The notes beneath the pieces are model-generated. The model saw only the letters and a program-made list of their open reading frames with translations, had not been told where the DNA came from and searched no databases. Shown piece after piece: positions 1 through 8,638 of a DNA stretch of 64,000 nucleotides (positions are counted from its first letter, which is position 1; every line of letters starts with the position of its first letter). The stretch covers positions 8,812 through 72,811 of the forward strand of contig JBIIEL010000004.1 in assembly GCA_044237845.1 (NCBI GenBank), read 5' to 3'. A program made the translations under genes and the position numbers. The DNA is from Rickettsiales bacterium. Its GTDB lineage: Bacteria > Pseudomonadota > Alphaproteobacteria > Rickettsiales > UBA3002.

Positions 1-2
1 TC

Positions 3-350
3 CCCGGCGCGGATATTGAATATGGCTACCGGCTGCCACTGAAAAATATCGATTTGCGCGCTTATGCAGGGGCCTATTATTTCGATATGGACGATAACAA
101 TATGCTGGGTGCGCGCGCTCGCCTGCGCTTGCAGACGGACGATCACGTGATTGGCAATCAGGTGGTCAAAGCCCGCTTCTCGGGCGAGGTGATGAACGAT
201 AATATCCGTGGCACCTCAGAATTTCTGGGAGCACAGCTGGTGATTCCGCTTGGCGCGGATTCCGGTAAGAAGCCAAGCTATGCGACGAGCCTGCATGCGC
301 GCATGATGGAGCCCATCGTGCGTGACGTTGATATTGTAACCCACGCATAA
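3..350 (+). CDS. Inverse-autotransporter (intimin/invasin-type) outer-membrane beta-barrel, C-terminal part; 5' end lies outside the window
   Basis: The frame is open from the window edge. It shows an amphipathic beta-strand pattern (EYGYRLPL, LRAYAGAYYF, ARARLRLQ). The terminal 'MEPIVRDVDIV' resembles the 'LVQRNNNIILEY' segment that closes the intimin barrel. It ends at TAA 348-350. Confidence 0.5.
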   Translation, partial: PGADIEYGYRLPLKNIDLRAYAGAYYFDMDDNNMLGARARLRLQTDDHVIGNQVVKARFSGEVMNDNIRGTSEFLGAQLVIPLGADSGKKPSYATSLHARMMEPIVRDVDIVTHA

Positions 351-377
351 GCCAATGCAGCCACTGCCGAGGCGGCG

Positions 378-1400
378 ATGACGACCCTTGGTGGTGTACA
401 GCATAGCGCAGTGCATGTGATTGCCCCGACAGATGAAGCATCGCTCACGACAGCGTTGGCGGCATTGCCGGCAGATGCGGCAATCATGCTCAATAGTGGG
501 TCGCCGATTACCCTTACCAGCTCGCTGACGCTTCAGTCTGGTCAGGTACTTGTTTCGGGTACAAACACGCTTGGTGTTCACTCCGCTTCGGGCGCCACGG
601 CCTCGTTCTCGGCCGGTGGTACTCGTGCAGAGCTGGTAAAAGGCAGCGGCATGGCGGCTGCAACTCCGCTGATTGTATTGGGTGCAGGCTCCAGCAACCT
701 GTTTGAGAATATCGACTTCACCAACCAAAGCGGGCTCACGGGTGACGATAATGTCATGATCTCCAACAGCGGTAATGCGATCTCAAGCCTCACGCTCAAC
801 AACGTCAACAGTGAAGGTTCGGTGATTGTTGATATCACCTCCGGCACGACGAATGTAACGGTGAATCAGGGTGAGTATTATGGGCTTGCGCTGCGCACGC
901 GTAATAACTCTGCCATGAACATTGATGTGCGTGACAGCACATTCAAACGCACTTTCACAAACTCTGTCATTTTTGGCAACGTGGCACTCACTGGTATGGT
1001 CAATTTTGAGTCGATGGGGACATCATCGATGAACGTGACGAATTTCTCTGGCAATACCTTGCTGGATGATCGTGCTAAGGCTGGAGGAAGACTGGCTGGT
1101 GGCCTGTTCCTGATCAACAACTCCACCAATCCGCTGACCGTAACCAACCTGCGTAACAACTCATCGAGCCGCACGATTGGCTTGTGGGATACCGGAGCAA
1201 TCCTTTCCCAGGCTGCGGGGGGGTCGCTTATCAGCATCAGAGGCATGTCGGGCAATAGTGGCGATCCGTTTGAAGTGGTCAATACCTCGATTAATATCGC
1301 TACCACAGGGTATGCTGCCAGCGAGGCGGGTCTCGAAGCGGCGAATCCTGGGTTAGACTATGTTAATTATGGCGGGAATACGATCACTAACGTGCCCTAG
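378..1400 (+). CDS. Asn/Ser/Thr-rich beta-helix-like repeat protein, probably the passenger/adhesin portion of the upstream inverse autotransporter
   Basis: 340-aa ORF in the same frame as 3-350. It has repetitive N/S/T/G-rich short strands (NVMISNSGNAISSLTLNNVNSEGSVIVDITSGTTNVTVN...) and no signal peptide of its own. Confidence 0.5.
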   Translation: MTTLGGVQHSAVHVIAPTDEASLTTALAALPADAAIMLNSGSPITLTSSLTLQSGQVLVSGTNTLGVHSASGATASFSAGGTRAELVKGSGMAAATPLIVLGAGSSNLFENIDFTNQSGLTGDDNVMISNSGNAISSLTLNNVNSEGSVIVDITSGTTNVTVNQGEYYGLALRTRNNSAMNIDVRDSTFKRTFTNSVIFGNVALTGMVNFESMGTSSMNVTNFSGNTLLDDRAKAGGRLAGGLFLINNSTNPLTVTNLRNNSSSRTIGLWDTGAILSQAAGGSLISIRGMSGNSGDPFEVVNTSINIATTGYAASEAGLEAANPGLDYVNYGGNTITNVP

Positions 1401-1406
1401 TTTCGG

Positions 1407-1883
1407 TTAGGCGAACTGCTTAAACTCTGCGACCAACGCCGCATATAAATCCCGTTTGAAGGGGACGATGAGATCGGGCAGCGTGTCGATGGCGACCCAT
1501 TTCCACTCGCAGAATTCGGGGTGCTCGGTGGCGATGTTGATGGCGGAATCATCCCCATTCAAACGCAGCGCGAACCATTTCTGTTCTTGCCCACGGTAGC
1601 GGCCTTTCCAGATTTTCGGCACGAGGTCGGCGGGTAGGTCGTAGCGATACCAGTCGGCGGATTCGGCGAGCATCGTCGCGTTATCCGTGCCGATTTCTTC
1701 TTTTAATTCTCTTGCTGCTGCTGCCGCAGGCAGCTCGCCGTCGTCGATGCCACCTTGCGGCATTTGCCAGGCATCGCTGATGGTGTCGATGCGTTTGGCA
1801 ACGAAGACCTCGCCGCGCGCGTTAAATAGCATCATGCCGACGCCGCGGCGATAGGGCAGGTGGCTATACGGCATAACAAACAC
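1407..1883 (-). CDS. rppH: RNA pyrophosphohydrolase (Nudix hydrolase)
   Basis: Nudix box 'GGIDDGELPAAAAARELKEEIG'. Size and N-terminus (YRRGVGMMLFN) are typical of RppH/NudH. Confidence 0.9.
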   Translation of the reverse strand: MFVMPYSHLPYRRGVGMMLFNARGEVFVAKRIDTISDAWQMPQGGIDDGELPAAAAARELKEEIGTDNATMLAESADWYRYDLPADLVPKIWKGRYRGQEQKWFALRLNGDDSAINIATEHPEFCEWKWVAIDTLPDLIVPFKRDLYAALVAEFKQFA

Positions 1884-1885
1884 CG

Positions 1886-2006
1886 CAACGCATTTCGGTG
1901 GCCGATTGCGGTGTCACGTCCGTACCCGCCGTCTTACGTAGCGCTGCTACGCGTGACGCCTGCGCGCGGGCGCTCCTAGCACTACTCGCCTCACATAAAT
2001 GCGTTG
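1886..2006. repeat. ~120-nt palindromic intergenic element (family copy)
   Basis: Arms are 'caacgcatttcggtg' and 'cacataaatgcgttg'. The core contains 'cgtagcgctgctacg'. Arms and core resemble the elements at 24758-24876 and 50184-50305. Confidence 0.55.
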
Positions 2007-2021
2007 ACCGCGCTGCCATTT

Positions 2022-3326
2022 TTAATGCCCGCCGCTGGATTTCTTCGCGTCTTTCTTCTCGCCGCCACCATGACCACCGCCATGGCTGTCGGACGTTTCA
2101 GCGGCAGGCAGCGGCGGCACTTCTTTCGGCAGCCACTGGGCGCTGAGCGGCGCAAGCACGGCGGGCTCAGTGAGCGGATGATCCGTGAGCCAACGTTGTA
2201 GCAGCAATAGGCTTTGCGGCCGCGCACTGGTAACCACAATCATGGTTTCTTTGGTTTTTATATCCTCTGCAAGCTTGCTAAGTGCGGCTTCCATCGCCGC
2301 TGGGTCGAGTTCGTGATCGAGTACAAGATCGGCGCGGCGCATAAACGCCTTTTGTTTTTTCTCGGCCGCGCGCTGTTCCGGTGTCGCAGTCGGGTTGGCG
2401 GCGAGAAGGTACAAGCCGCGTGTTTCAATTTCACTCGTGAGTTGCGCGTAGGGTTCTGCTTTCGTGCTCAATATGTCGCCAAGCGGAAGCAGCATGCCCG
2501 CGCTACCAATCGTTTCTGCCATCACCACACGCAGACGGCGCATGAGTTCGTCTTTCGGCAGGGCGGCAACGAGGCCGAGTGGGCCCGGATCGTCCTGCGG
2601 GTAGCGCGTGCTCATCGCGGGCAGCATGGCCCAGGCTTCGTAGCCCGCGTGGCGCAGCGTGGCGATGCGCCCTGCAGCATTTTCCGTATAGGGCGAGAAA
2701 GCGATAGTGATATTTTTCGGCAGCGACATCATCAGCGGTAGGGATTGCACACTGATGCCCGCATCCAGGATGACGATAGAGAGCAGATGTTGCTCTGGCG
2801 TGCGCGTGAAGCGGCGTGCATAAAGCGTATTGGCGCCAGCTTTTTCCGACGTGCGTTTGGGCAATGCCATGCCATCCACCGTTTCCGTGATTTCAGGTGC
2901 AGGAGCAGGTACGAGGCTATCCGTCGCGCTGGCACCGGAATCCGGTAGTTTATCAGTAAGTGGTTCGGTGCGTAATTCGGGAAGGCCTTCTGGCAGGGTT
3001 TCACCCTGTGAAGGTGGTGCATCCACCTGTGGCGTGGCAGCAGCATCGGTGGGTGCGGCGACATCAAACTTTTTCTCTTCCGGCGTGGTGACGTCGAATT
3101 TCTCTTCCACGACTTTCTTGCCGATGGTGGCCAGTGTGAGATGGCCGGTTTTCGGGTCCCCCACCGCGCGTTGGCCATGCATGTTCGCGCGCAATGATTC
3201 CGCTGTGCCGCTGCCGATAAAGCCAATCGTGCTGGCGACAAAACCTACGAATAGCAAGGCAGAGAGCGAGCCCCACAGCACTAGCCCGTGATTGAGTGGT
3301 AGGCTTGGAAGTGCTGCACGTGCCAT
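2022..3326 (-). CDS. Divergent polysaccharide deacetylase family protein (YibQ-like), N-terminal membrane anchor
   Basis: C-terminal domain 'SIVILDAGISVQSL...ITIAFSPYTENAAGRIATLRHAGYEAWAMLPAMSTRYPQDDPGPLGL' is typical of this family. It occupies the usual alphaproteobacterial position next to ctpA. Confidence 0.8.
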   Translation of the reverse strand: MARAALPSLPLNHGLVLWGSLSALLFVGFVASTIGFIGSGTAESLRANMHGQRAVGDPKTGHLTLATIGKKVVEEKFDVTTPEEKKFDVAAPTDAAATPQVDAPPSQGETLPEGLPELRTEPLTDKLPDSGASATDSLVPAPAPEITETVDGMALPKRTSEKAGANTLYARRFTRTPEQHLLSIVILDAGISVQSLPLMMSLPKNITIAFSPYTENAAGRIATLRHAGYEAWAMLPAMSTRYPQDDPGPLGLVAALPKDELMRRLRVVMAETIGSAGMLLPLGDILSTKAEPYAQLTSEIETRGLYLLAANPTATPEQRAAEKKQKAFMRRADLVLDHELDPAAMEAALSKLAEDIKTKETMIVVTSARPQSLLLLQRWLTDHPLTEPAVLAPLSAQWLPKEVPPLPAAETSDSHGGGHGGGEKKDAKKSSGGH

Positions 3327-3333
3327 GCGGGAC

Positions 3334-4791
3334 TCACTTTTTCTCAGGCGTTTTTTTGACTGGAGTCACGACGGAAACGCTCGGCGTGGCAGGGGAAACG
3401 GCATCAGCCCCTTGCGCGCTTTGATAAATCGACACAGCGCGGATGAGGTCGAGCGCCCGGCTCAACTGATAATCATCCTTGGTAGCGTCTTTTTTATCAC
3501 CGTCTTTTGCGTCTTTATCTTTGTTGTCTTTTGCGTCTTTGTCCTTATCGCGGCTGAAGAAGCTTTTCTTTTCTTCTTTTGCTGGACTGGTTGTCTCATC
3601 CTCGCCTTGATCATTGTTGAGGTGGCCATTGAGCGACGCTTCGGAGAAGTTGATATTGCTCTTTACCGTTTCCAGCTTACCTTGCTCGACCACAATATCC
3701 GGCACGATGCCCTTGGCCTGAATCGACACGCCCGACGGGGTGTAGTAGCGCGCGGTAGTGAGGCGGATCGCCCCGTGGCTCTCGATCGGAATCACGGTTT
3801 GCACCGAGCCTTTACCGAAGGATTTCATGCCCAGCACGACGCCGCGTTTGTGGTCCTTAAGCGCCCCTGCGACAATCTCTGATGCCGATGCCGAGCCTTC
3901 GTTGATGAGTACCACAATCGGCAAGCCGCCTGTAATATCGCCTGCGGTGGCGTTGTAACGACGTGATTCTTCGGGCTTGCGTGAGCGAGTGGAAACGATT
4001 TCGCCATGGTCGAGGAAGGCGTCTGACACCGCAATGGCTTGGTCGAGGAGGCCGCCAGGGTTGTTACGCAGATCCAGCACCAGGCCTTTCAGTTTGCTGC
4101 CGATGTTTTTCTTTTCTTTCTCGAACGCGGCTTTCATGCCGTCTGCGGTCGCTTCCGAGAAAGAGGTGATGCGCACATAGGCGACGTCACCCTCCGAGCG
4201 GCTTTTGATGGCCTGAATTTTGATGAGGTCGCGCTTCAAGGTGAAGGACAGGGGCGCTTTCTGGCCTTCGCGCACCACCATCAGCTTCACGCTGGTGCCG
4301 ATGGGCCCGCGCATTTTATCGACCGCGTCGGCAAGGGTGAGCCCCATCACCGCGGTGCCGTCGATCTCCGCAATCAGATCGCCCGGCTTGATACCCGCGC
4401 GCGCTGCCGGGGTTTCATCGATCGGCGAGACGACTTTGACGAGGCCGTTTTCCATTGTCACCTCGATGCCGAGGCCACCAAATTCGCCCTTGGTTTGGAT
4501 GCGCATGTCGGCAAAGCTTTTCTCGTTCATGTAGTTGCTGTGCGGGTCGAGCGAGGTGAGCATGCCGTTCAGCGCCGATTCGATAAGTTTGTCGTCCGTT
4601 GTCGGCTCGACATAATCCGTGCGCACGCGGTCGAACACTTCGCCGAACAGGTTGAGCAGCTCGTAGGTTGAGGCATCACCCGATTTGTCAGCCGCTTTTT
4701 CGGCAGGCTTCGCTGCGAATGCCGCGCTGCTGCTGAGCACAAGGCAGGTGAGCATGGTGAAGGAAACGAACTGGCGGGAAATGCGGCGCAT
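3334..4791 (-). CDS. ctpA: Carboxy-terminal processing protease, S41 family
   Basis: Signal peptide, a PDZ-like segment, 'NNPGGLLDQAIAVSDAF' and 'GSASASEIVAGALKDHKRGVVLG' S41 motifs. It has a Lys/Asp-rich C-terminal extension. Confidence 0.9.
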   Translation of the reverse strand: MRRISRQFVSFTMLTCLVLSSSAAFAAKPAEKAADKSGDASTYELLNLFGEVFDRVRTDYVEPTTDDKLIESALNGMLTSLDPHSNYMNEKSFADMRIQTKGEFGGLGIEVTMENGLVKVVSPIDETPAARAGIKPGDLIAEIDGTAVMGLTLADAVDKMRGPIGTSVKLMVVREGQKAPLSFTLKRDLIKIQAIKSRSEGDVAYVRITSFSEATADGMKAAFEKEKKNIGSKLKGLVLDLRNNPGGLLDQAIAVSDAFLDHGEIVSTRSRKPEESRRYNATAGDITGGLPIVVLINEGSASASEIVAGALKDHKRGVVLGMKSFGKGSVQTVIPIESHGAIRLTTARYYTPSGVSIQAKGIVPDIVVEQGKLETVKSNINFSEASLNGHLNNDQGEDETTSPAKEEKKSFFSRDKDKDAKDNKDKDAKDGDKKDATKDDYQLSRALDLIRAVSIYQSAQGADAVSPATPSVSVVTPVKKTPEKK

Positions 4792-4818
4792 GGAATGTCC
4801 TAATCAGAGGGAGGTATA

Positions 4819-5973
4819 TCAGTGGGCGAGCTTAGCGAACCAATCGCCCGGGTCAATAGGCTTGGCGTCGGAATCGCGTAGTTCGACATAGATTTCGGGC
4901 ATGGTGCCGGTGGCGGTCAACGCCACGGGTTCGCCGCGGATGACCGTCTGATTCAGGCGAGTGTTGATTTTGCCTAGCCCGGCCACCAGCGAGATATAGC
5001 CGTTGCTGTGTTTAATGAGCAGCATGTTGCCATAATCGCGGAAGGGGCCGGTGAAGACGACTTCGCCGTCATACGGTGCGACGACGGTAGCGCCAGAACG
5101 GGCGCGGATGACGGTGCCGCGATAGGTTTCGTTGGCAGATTTTTTCTCGCCGTAGCGATGCACCACGTCGCCGGAAACGGGTGGGCGCAGGGTGCCTTTT
5201 GCGCTATCGAAGCGTTTGGTGGATTTGCTTTTCGCCGGCTGCTTGGCACGCGCTTCCTCGGCCTTTTCCTCGACATCCAGTTTTTTGAGCAGCGTTTGCA
5301 GCGACTCGGATTCCTTCGAGAGCTTGGCGATTTTTGCCTCGGCCTCCTTGCGGTCGGCGGCGATGGAGGCTTGCAGTTTCTCGCGCTCGGCCAGTGCTTT
5401 GTCGAGCTTCGCCTGCTCAGCATTCAGCGCGGCGGTTTCAACCGCGGTGCGGGTGCGCTTCTCCTTCGCATCGGATTTGAGTTCCTTGAGCGCAATCAGG
5501 TCGCGCCGCAAGGCCTTGGCTTTTTCGGCGACGGCTTTGTTGGTTTCTTCGAGCACGCTGCCGGTGCGCAGCAGTTGATGCACGTCCTCTGGCTGTGCGA
5601 ACACGGTGGTCATCGGCAGGTTGCGCAGGCGCAGGAGCGTGGCGACGGTGGCGGCGTATTCGGCTTTGCGGGCCTCGAACTCGCGCCCCTTGGCGGAGAG
5701 TTTGCCGCTGGCGGTGACGAGTGCCGATTCCTCGTTGCTCACGCGGCGCTCGGCCACTTGCAGGCGCTCGGCGATCTCGGCAGAGCGGGTTTGCAGCCGC
5801 GCGAGTTCCGCCTCAACCTCCGCCTGACGCTTGGCGAGCGCGGCTTGTTCGTCCTTCGTTTTCGATAGGGTGGCGAGGGTTTCGGTGAGTTTCTTCTGCT
5901 GCGCATCATTCGGCGCAGCATGCGCGCTGGTGGCAAGAAGCAGGAGGGGGATGAGCAGGGTTTTCCGCATCAT
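4819..5973 (-). CDS. Murein hydrolase activator EnvC-like protein (coiled coil plus degenerate M23/LytM domain)
   Basis: Signal peptide, long coiled coil, and a C-terminal LytM-like domain (VVAPYDGEVVFTGPFRDYGNMLLIKHSNGYISLVAG). Confidence 0.85.
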   Translation of the reverse strand: MMRKTLLIPLLLLATSAHAAPNDAQQKKLTETLATLSKTKDEQAALAKRQAEVEAELARLQTRSAEIAERLQVAERRVSNEESALVTASGKLSAKGREFEARKAEYAATVATLLRLRNLPMTTVFAQPEDVHQLLRTGSVLEETNKAVAEKAKALRRDLIALKELKSDAKEKRTRTAVETAALNAEQAKLDKALAEREKLQASIAADRKEAEAKIAKLSKESESLQTLLKKLDVEEKAEEARAKQPAKSKSTKRFDSAKGTLRPPVSGDVVHRYGEKKSANETYRGTVIRARSGATVVAPYDGEVVFTGPFRDYGNMLLIKHSNGYISLVAGLGKINTRLNQTVIRGEPVALTATGTMPEIYVELRDSDAKPIDPGDWFAKLAH

Positions 5974-7496
5974 GCTTTGCCCGCTAGCAGGTCGCGCCCG
6001 GTCATGGCGGCGGGCGTGGGGATGTTCATCAGCGCGCAGAGTGTTGGCGCGATATCGGCGAGGATGCCGCGGCCAAGGTCGCGCGGTGCCTGCGCCAGCG
6101 CCTCGCTGACAATGATGCAGGGCACGGGGTTGAGCGTGTGCGCGGTGTGGGGCTGGTTCTCGTCGGCATCATGCAGACACTCGGCGTTGCCGTGATCGGC
6201 GGTGACGAGGAGCGTTCCGCTCACTGTTTTTATCGCTTCATAAATTCTGCCGAGGCAGATATCCACCGCCTCCACCGCTTTGATGGCGGCGGCAAGGTCG
6301 CCCGAATGGCCGACCATATCCGTATTCGCGAAGTTGACGACGATAAGATCATACGCCCGCGCGGTGATGGCTTCGACGAGTTTATCGGTCACCTCGAACG
6401 CCGACATTTCGGGCTGAAGGTCATAGGTCGCGACCTTGGGCGAGGGGACGAGGATGCGCGATTCACCCGCGAATGGCTCCTCGCGCCCGCCGTTGAAGAA
6501 GAAGGTGACGTGGGCGTATTTCTCTGTCTCCGCGATGCGCAGTTGCGTGCGGCCGGCGGCGGCGACCACTTCGCCGAGTGAATCGCGAATCTCTTGCGGC
6601 GGGAAAAGGGCGGGGATGAGCGGGTTGAGTGCTTCGCTATATTCCACCATGCCGAGCGTTGCACTGAAGTGGATGCGGCGGGCGCGTGGGAATTTATCGA
6701 ACGTGGGGTCGAGCAACGCGTGCAGCAATTGCCGCGCGCGGTCGGCACGGAAATTGGCCATCAGGATGCCATCGCCGTCGCGCATGCCTTCGTAATGGCC
6801 GATGACGGTGGGGAGGATGAATTCGTCGGTTTTGTCGGCATCGTAGGAGAGAGCAACAGCGGCCTCGGCGCTTGGTGCTTTGTTGCCGTGCGCGCTGACC
6901 AGTGCAGCATAAGCGAGTGCCACGCGCTCCCAGCGATTGTCACGATCCATGGCGTAGTAACGGCCGCTGACGGTGGCAACCACCGCATTTTTGTGCAGCG
7001 ATTGTTGCAGCATGCGCAAAAATTGCTGCGCGGATTTCGGTGCCACATCGCGCCCATCCGTAAAGGCACGGAGGGCGACGGGAACACCTGCATCCGCGAT
7101 GATATTTGCGAGTGCGGTAATATGTGAGAGGTGCGAATGCACGCCGCCATCGCTCAGCAAGCCCATCAGGTGACAGGTGCCGCCACTCGCTTTCAGCGCG
7201 GCGATGAATTTTTGTAGTGCAGGATTTTGTGCGAGCGTGCCATCTGCAATCGCGGCGTCGATGCGTGGCAGATCCTGCATCACCACCCGCCCGGCGCCAA
7301 TGTTCATATGTCCGACTTCGGAATTGCCCATCTGCCCCGAAGGCAGGCCGACATTGCCTTCCGATGCATCGAGCAGCGCGCAGGGGTAGGCCGCGCGCAG
7401 TTCGTCCCAGTGCGGGGTATGCGCCTGCGCGATGGCGTTATGCTCGCGCGCATCGCTTTCGCCCCAGCCGTCGAGAATGCAAAGAAGTGTGGTCAT
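5970..7496 (-). CDS. gpmI: 2,3-bisphosphoglycerate-independent phosphoglycerate mutase
   Basis: 'LLCILDGWG', 'GNSEVGHMNIGAGR' and 'VTADHGNAE' motifs; 508 aa. Confidence 0.95.
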   Translation of the reverse strand: MTTLLCILDGWGESDAREHNAIAQAHTPHWDELRAAYPCALLDASEGNVGLPSGQMGNSEVGHMNIGAGRVVMQDLPRIDAAIADGTLAQNPALQKFIAALKASGGTCHLMGLLSDGGVHSHLSHITALANIIADAGVPVALRAFTDGRDVAPKSAQQFLRMLQQSLHKNAVVATVSGRYYAMDRDNRWERVALAYAALVSAHGNKAPSAEAAVALSYDADKTDEFILPTVIGHYEGMRDGDGILMANFRADRARQLLHALLDPTFDKFPRARRIHFSATLGMVEYSEALNPLIPALFPPQEIRDSLGEVVAAAGRTQLRIAETEKYAHVTFFFNGGREEPFAGESRILVPSPKVATYDLQPEMSAFEVTDKLVEAITARAYDLIVVNFANTDMVGHSGDLAAAIKAVEAVDICLGRIYEAIKTVSGTLLVTADHGNAECLHDADENQPHTAHTLNPVPCIIVSEALAQAPRDLGRGILADIAPTLCALMNIPTPAAMTGRDLLAGKA

Positions 7497-7501
7497 GTTT
7501 A

Positions 7502-7585
7502 GTGAGTGGTGAGTGGTGAGTGGTGAGTGGAGGATTAGCAGGCTCTTTCACAACTCACAACTCGTGACTCATTACTCACAACACC
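7502..7585. repeat. Heptamer tandem-repeat hairpin: (GTGAGTG)x4, spacer, then ACTCA-type heptamers x4-5
   Basis: Read directly. GTGAGTG x4 lies at 7502-7529. 'caactca caactcg tgactca ttactca' lies at 7551-7578 and is largely complementary to it. Confidence 0.7.
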
Positions 7586-8053
7586 TTAATGCCCCAGATG
7601 ATAGGGGTGGCCGATGGTGATGGTGTAGGCGCGGTAGAGCTGCTCGGCGAGCATGGCGCGCAGTAGCTGATGCGGCCAGGTGGCGGCACCGAACGCGACG
7701 GTGGCATGCGCGGATTTGAGCAGCGAGGCATCCAGCCCATCCTGCCCGCCAATGGCAAATACCAGTTGCTTGAGGGCGTTTTTTTGCGCGTCTTGGATGA
7801 GTTTTGCGAATTGTGGGCTGGTGAGATTTTTGCCCGTTGAATCCATGGCAATCAGGCGCGTGCCGGGGGTGAGGAGCTTTTGGAAGGAAGCTGCCTCCCG
7901 CGCGCGACGCGCATCCGCAGAGAGATTTTCCGGCGCGTCGGGGATTTCTTTCACCACCACCACATCCCAGCGCGTTTGCTTGAGGTAATGGGCGACGAGC
8001 TCGGCCTCCGCCTTGCGCTTGGCTTTGCCGACAGCGGCGAGGATGAGTTGCAT
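7586..8053 (-). CDS. rlmH: 23S rRNA (pseudouridine1915-N3)-methyltransferase
   Basis: 155 aa, SPOUT fold signature 'LVFAIGGQDGL...ATWPHQLLRAMLAEQLYRAYTI..GHPYH'. Confidence 0.95.
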   Translation of the reverse strand: MQLILAAVGKAKRKAEAELVAHYLKQTRWDVVVVKEIPDAPENLSADARRAREAASFQKLLTPGTRLIAMDSTGKNLTSPQFAKLIQDAQKNALKQLVFAIGGQDGLDASLLKSAHATVAFGAATWPHQLLRAMLAEQLYRAYTITIGHPYHLGH

Positions 8054-8638
8054 CTACCGCGTGGCGGGCGGGATCGCCCACATTTTTTCGATGTTGTAGA
8101 ACTGGCGGATTTCCGGGCGGAAGATGTGCACGACGATGTCGCCGGCATCGATCAGCACCCAGTCGCCGGTTTCTTTGCCCTCGATAGAGAGTGGCGGGAT
8201 GCCTTGTTTTTTCAGCATGTCGCCAACATAATCCGCCAGCGCGACCACATGGCGCGGCGCGCGGCCAGAGGCGACGATCATATAGTCGGCGAAGCTGCAT
8301 TTATCCGCGAGGGCGAGGGTGATGATGTCTTCGCCCTTGTTTGTATCAAGAATGGTGGCGATTTGTTTGGCGAGGGCGGCGGAGCCGGTGAGTTTTTTCG
8401 GCGCAGCGGCAGGTTTTTTAGCGGCGGCCGCTTTTTTGGTTGCAGCAGGTGCAGCCTTTTTAGCGACGGATTTCGCGGCCGGTTTGGCCTTGGCTTTTAC
8501 GGCGGGTTTAGCCGCTTTCGCCGTGGTTTTTACAGATGCTTTCACAGCAGGTTTGGTAGATTTTTTAGCAGTGGTGCGCGGTGGAATGATGGCTCTCCCT
8601 CTGACGTTAACTTCACGCAGTATGGCGCAAAAAGACAT
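8054..8638 (-). CDS. rsfS: Ribosomal silencing factor RsfS with a Lys/Ala/Pro-rich N-terminal extension
   Basis: C-terminal 'DYMIVASGRAPRHVVALADYV...GDWVLIDAGDIVVHIF' is RsfS. The start was chosen at the internal ATG (8638) because the longer ORF (to 8848) runs deep into nadD. The start is uncertain. Confidence 0.75.
   Translation of the reverse strand: MSFCAILREVNVRGRAIIPPRTTAKKSTKPAVKASVKTTAKAAKPAVKAKAKPAAKSVAKKAAPAATKKAAAAKKPAAAPKKLTGSAALAKQIATILDTNKGEDIITLALADKCSFADYMIVASGRAPRHVVALADYVGDMLKKQGIPPLSIEGKETGDWVLIDAGDIVVHIFRPEIRQFYNIEKMWAIPPATR

Noticed and set aside
3480-3560. Short direct repeats 'gtcttttgcgtcttt' within ctpA
   Set aside because: They simply encode the low-complexity Lys/Asp-rich (DKDAKD) C-terminal linker of the protease. 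Nothing suggests a separate element.
5008-5868. Long antisense or shadow ORFs inside real genes. Examples: 5008-5868, 7880-9001, 11169-11951, 16420-17301, 34973-35947, 53662-54819, 58167-58907, 63420-63992
   Set aside because: They lie opposite, or out of frame to, genes with clear family motifs. Their translations are Arg/Gly/His/Ala-rich, which is typical of GC-rich non-coding frames, and they lack ribosome-binding sites.
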